NCBI RefSeq assembly: GCF_003918875.1
Contig: NW_025764926.1
Location: forward strand, 744,001-808,000
DNA from: Haliotis rubra
Lineage: Eukaryota
Direction of reading: 5' to 3'
DNA length: 64,000 nucleotides
Numbering within the stretch: the first letter of the stretch is position 1; each line of letters opens with the position of its first letter. Shown here in pieces: positions 63,138 to 64,000 of this stretch. Position numbers and translations under genes: made by a program. The notes under the pieces are model-generated. The model saw only the letters and a list, made by a program, of their open reading frames with translations, was not told where the DNA came from and searched no databases.

Positions 63138-64000
63138 GCACAAGGGATCAGTGAAGCCATAGTAAAGATCTCTTCTTGCGGATGTTTGTGTCTTTTACTA
63201 CTACTTATTGGGATTCAATAATCGCACCAAAAGAACTTGTATGTAACTTCCTATGACACGAAGTTGACCCAGTCGTGCAGTCTCCCACGATGCCTCGTCA
63301 ACATAAGTTCGGATTTGCATAAACGAGAGATTAAAATATTTTCACGATGAACAAATTCCTGCTGTACATGCATATGCAGAATGACAGGGTCATAATTCAC
63401 AAATATGTATACACGTCGCGTTAATCACACATGCAAGTCACGGCTGTCCAACAGCGAGACAACAACAACAATAACATCGTCGTCAGAGAGCATCTCGAGT
63501 TGTTTACTCCTGTTCAGTTCCCAATGCCTGTCATTCATATCGGCTTACGCACGTCACCAGTGTCAATTTCATTCAATGGGGGTCACGTGACCACTTACGT
63601 GTACTCGCTTTATCGTGGTAAATGTATTGTCATTTCAAGCCGCAGCGAGGGCCAGTAACAATGTCTGATCGCGGTATACTTGTTTACGTCACTGGGGAGC
63701 GTTTAGCCATCAAACTGTGTTTAATGACTTGTTTGTGAAGCGATTATACATGACACAGTTGGAATATTAGTTTCTGACGATTTTATTGTATACGCACAAG
63801 GAGTGACCTTTGTTCAATTCTAGCGCTGACCCCGATGTTGCAATGGTCATTGGTTGTAGTTTACCCTCTGGAAATATTGCTGAACGTATCGGTTTCTTAA
63901 TGGACCGCCCAGGGGGAACGTGGTAGCTTGTGTGAACAGTACATAGTAAAAGAATGGCTACCAAAGATAGGTTTAAGAATTGAGTAAATTCGAGTTTACA

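Overview
Eukaryotic, intron- and repeat-rich invertebrate DNA. It is probably molluscan and gastropod-like; this is inferred from the SINE types and is not verified. Two divergently oriented host genes can be reconstructed. (1) A protein-glutamine gamma-glutamyltransferase (transglutaminase) on the minus strand has 9 phase-consistent coding exons from about 8829 down to 118, continues off the left edge, and has an intact Cys-His-Asp triad. (2) An omega-class glutathione S-transferase on the plus strand has 5 exons (44633-54977) and an apparent +1 frameshift just after the active-site CPYA motif. The rest is mobile and repetitive DNA: Tc1 elements, a MULE, a Harbinger-like MITE, DIRS and LINE remnants, at least three SINE families sharing a related 3' tail, and many minisatellites. 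The most notable signals are: (a) a multi-copy retroposon (SINE-B) with no tRNA/Pol III head, whose full-length copies begin within 1-3 nt of a covarying pseudoknot, a candidate self-cleaving ribozyme head; (b) palindromic Penelope-like elements with minimal hammerhead ribozyme cores, one of which hosts a four-level nest of insertions; (c) a long DNA hairpin capped by GA-GCGAAAGC-GA.
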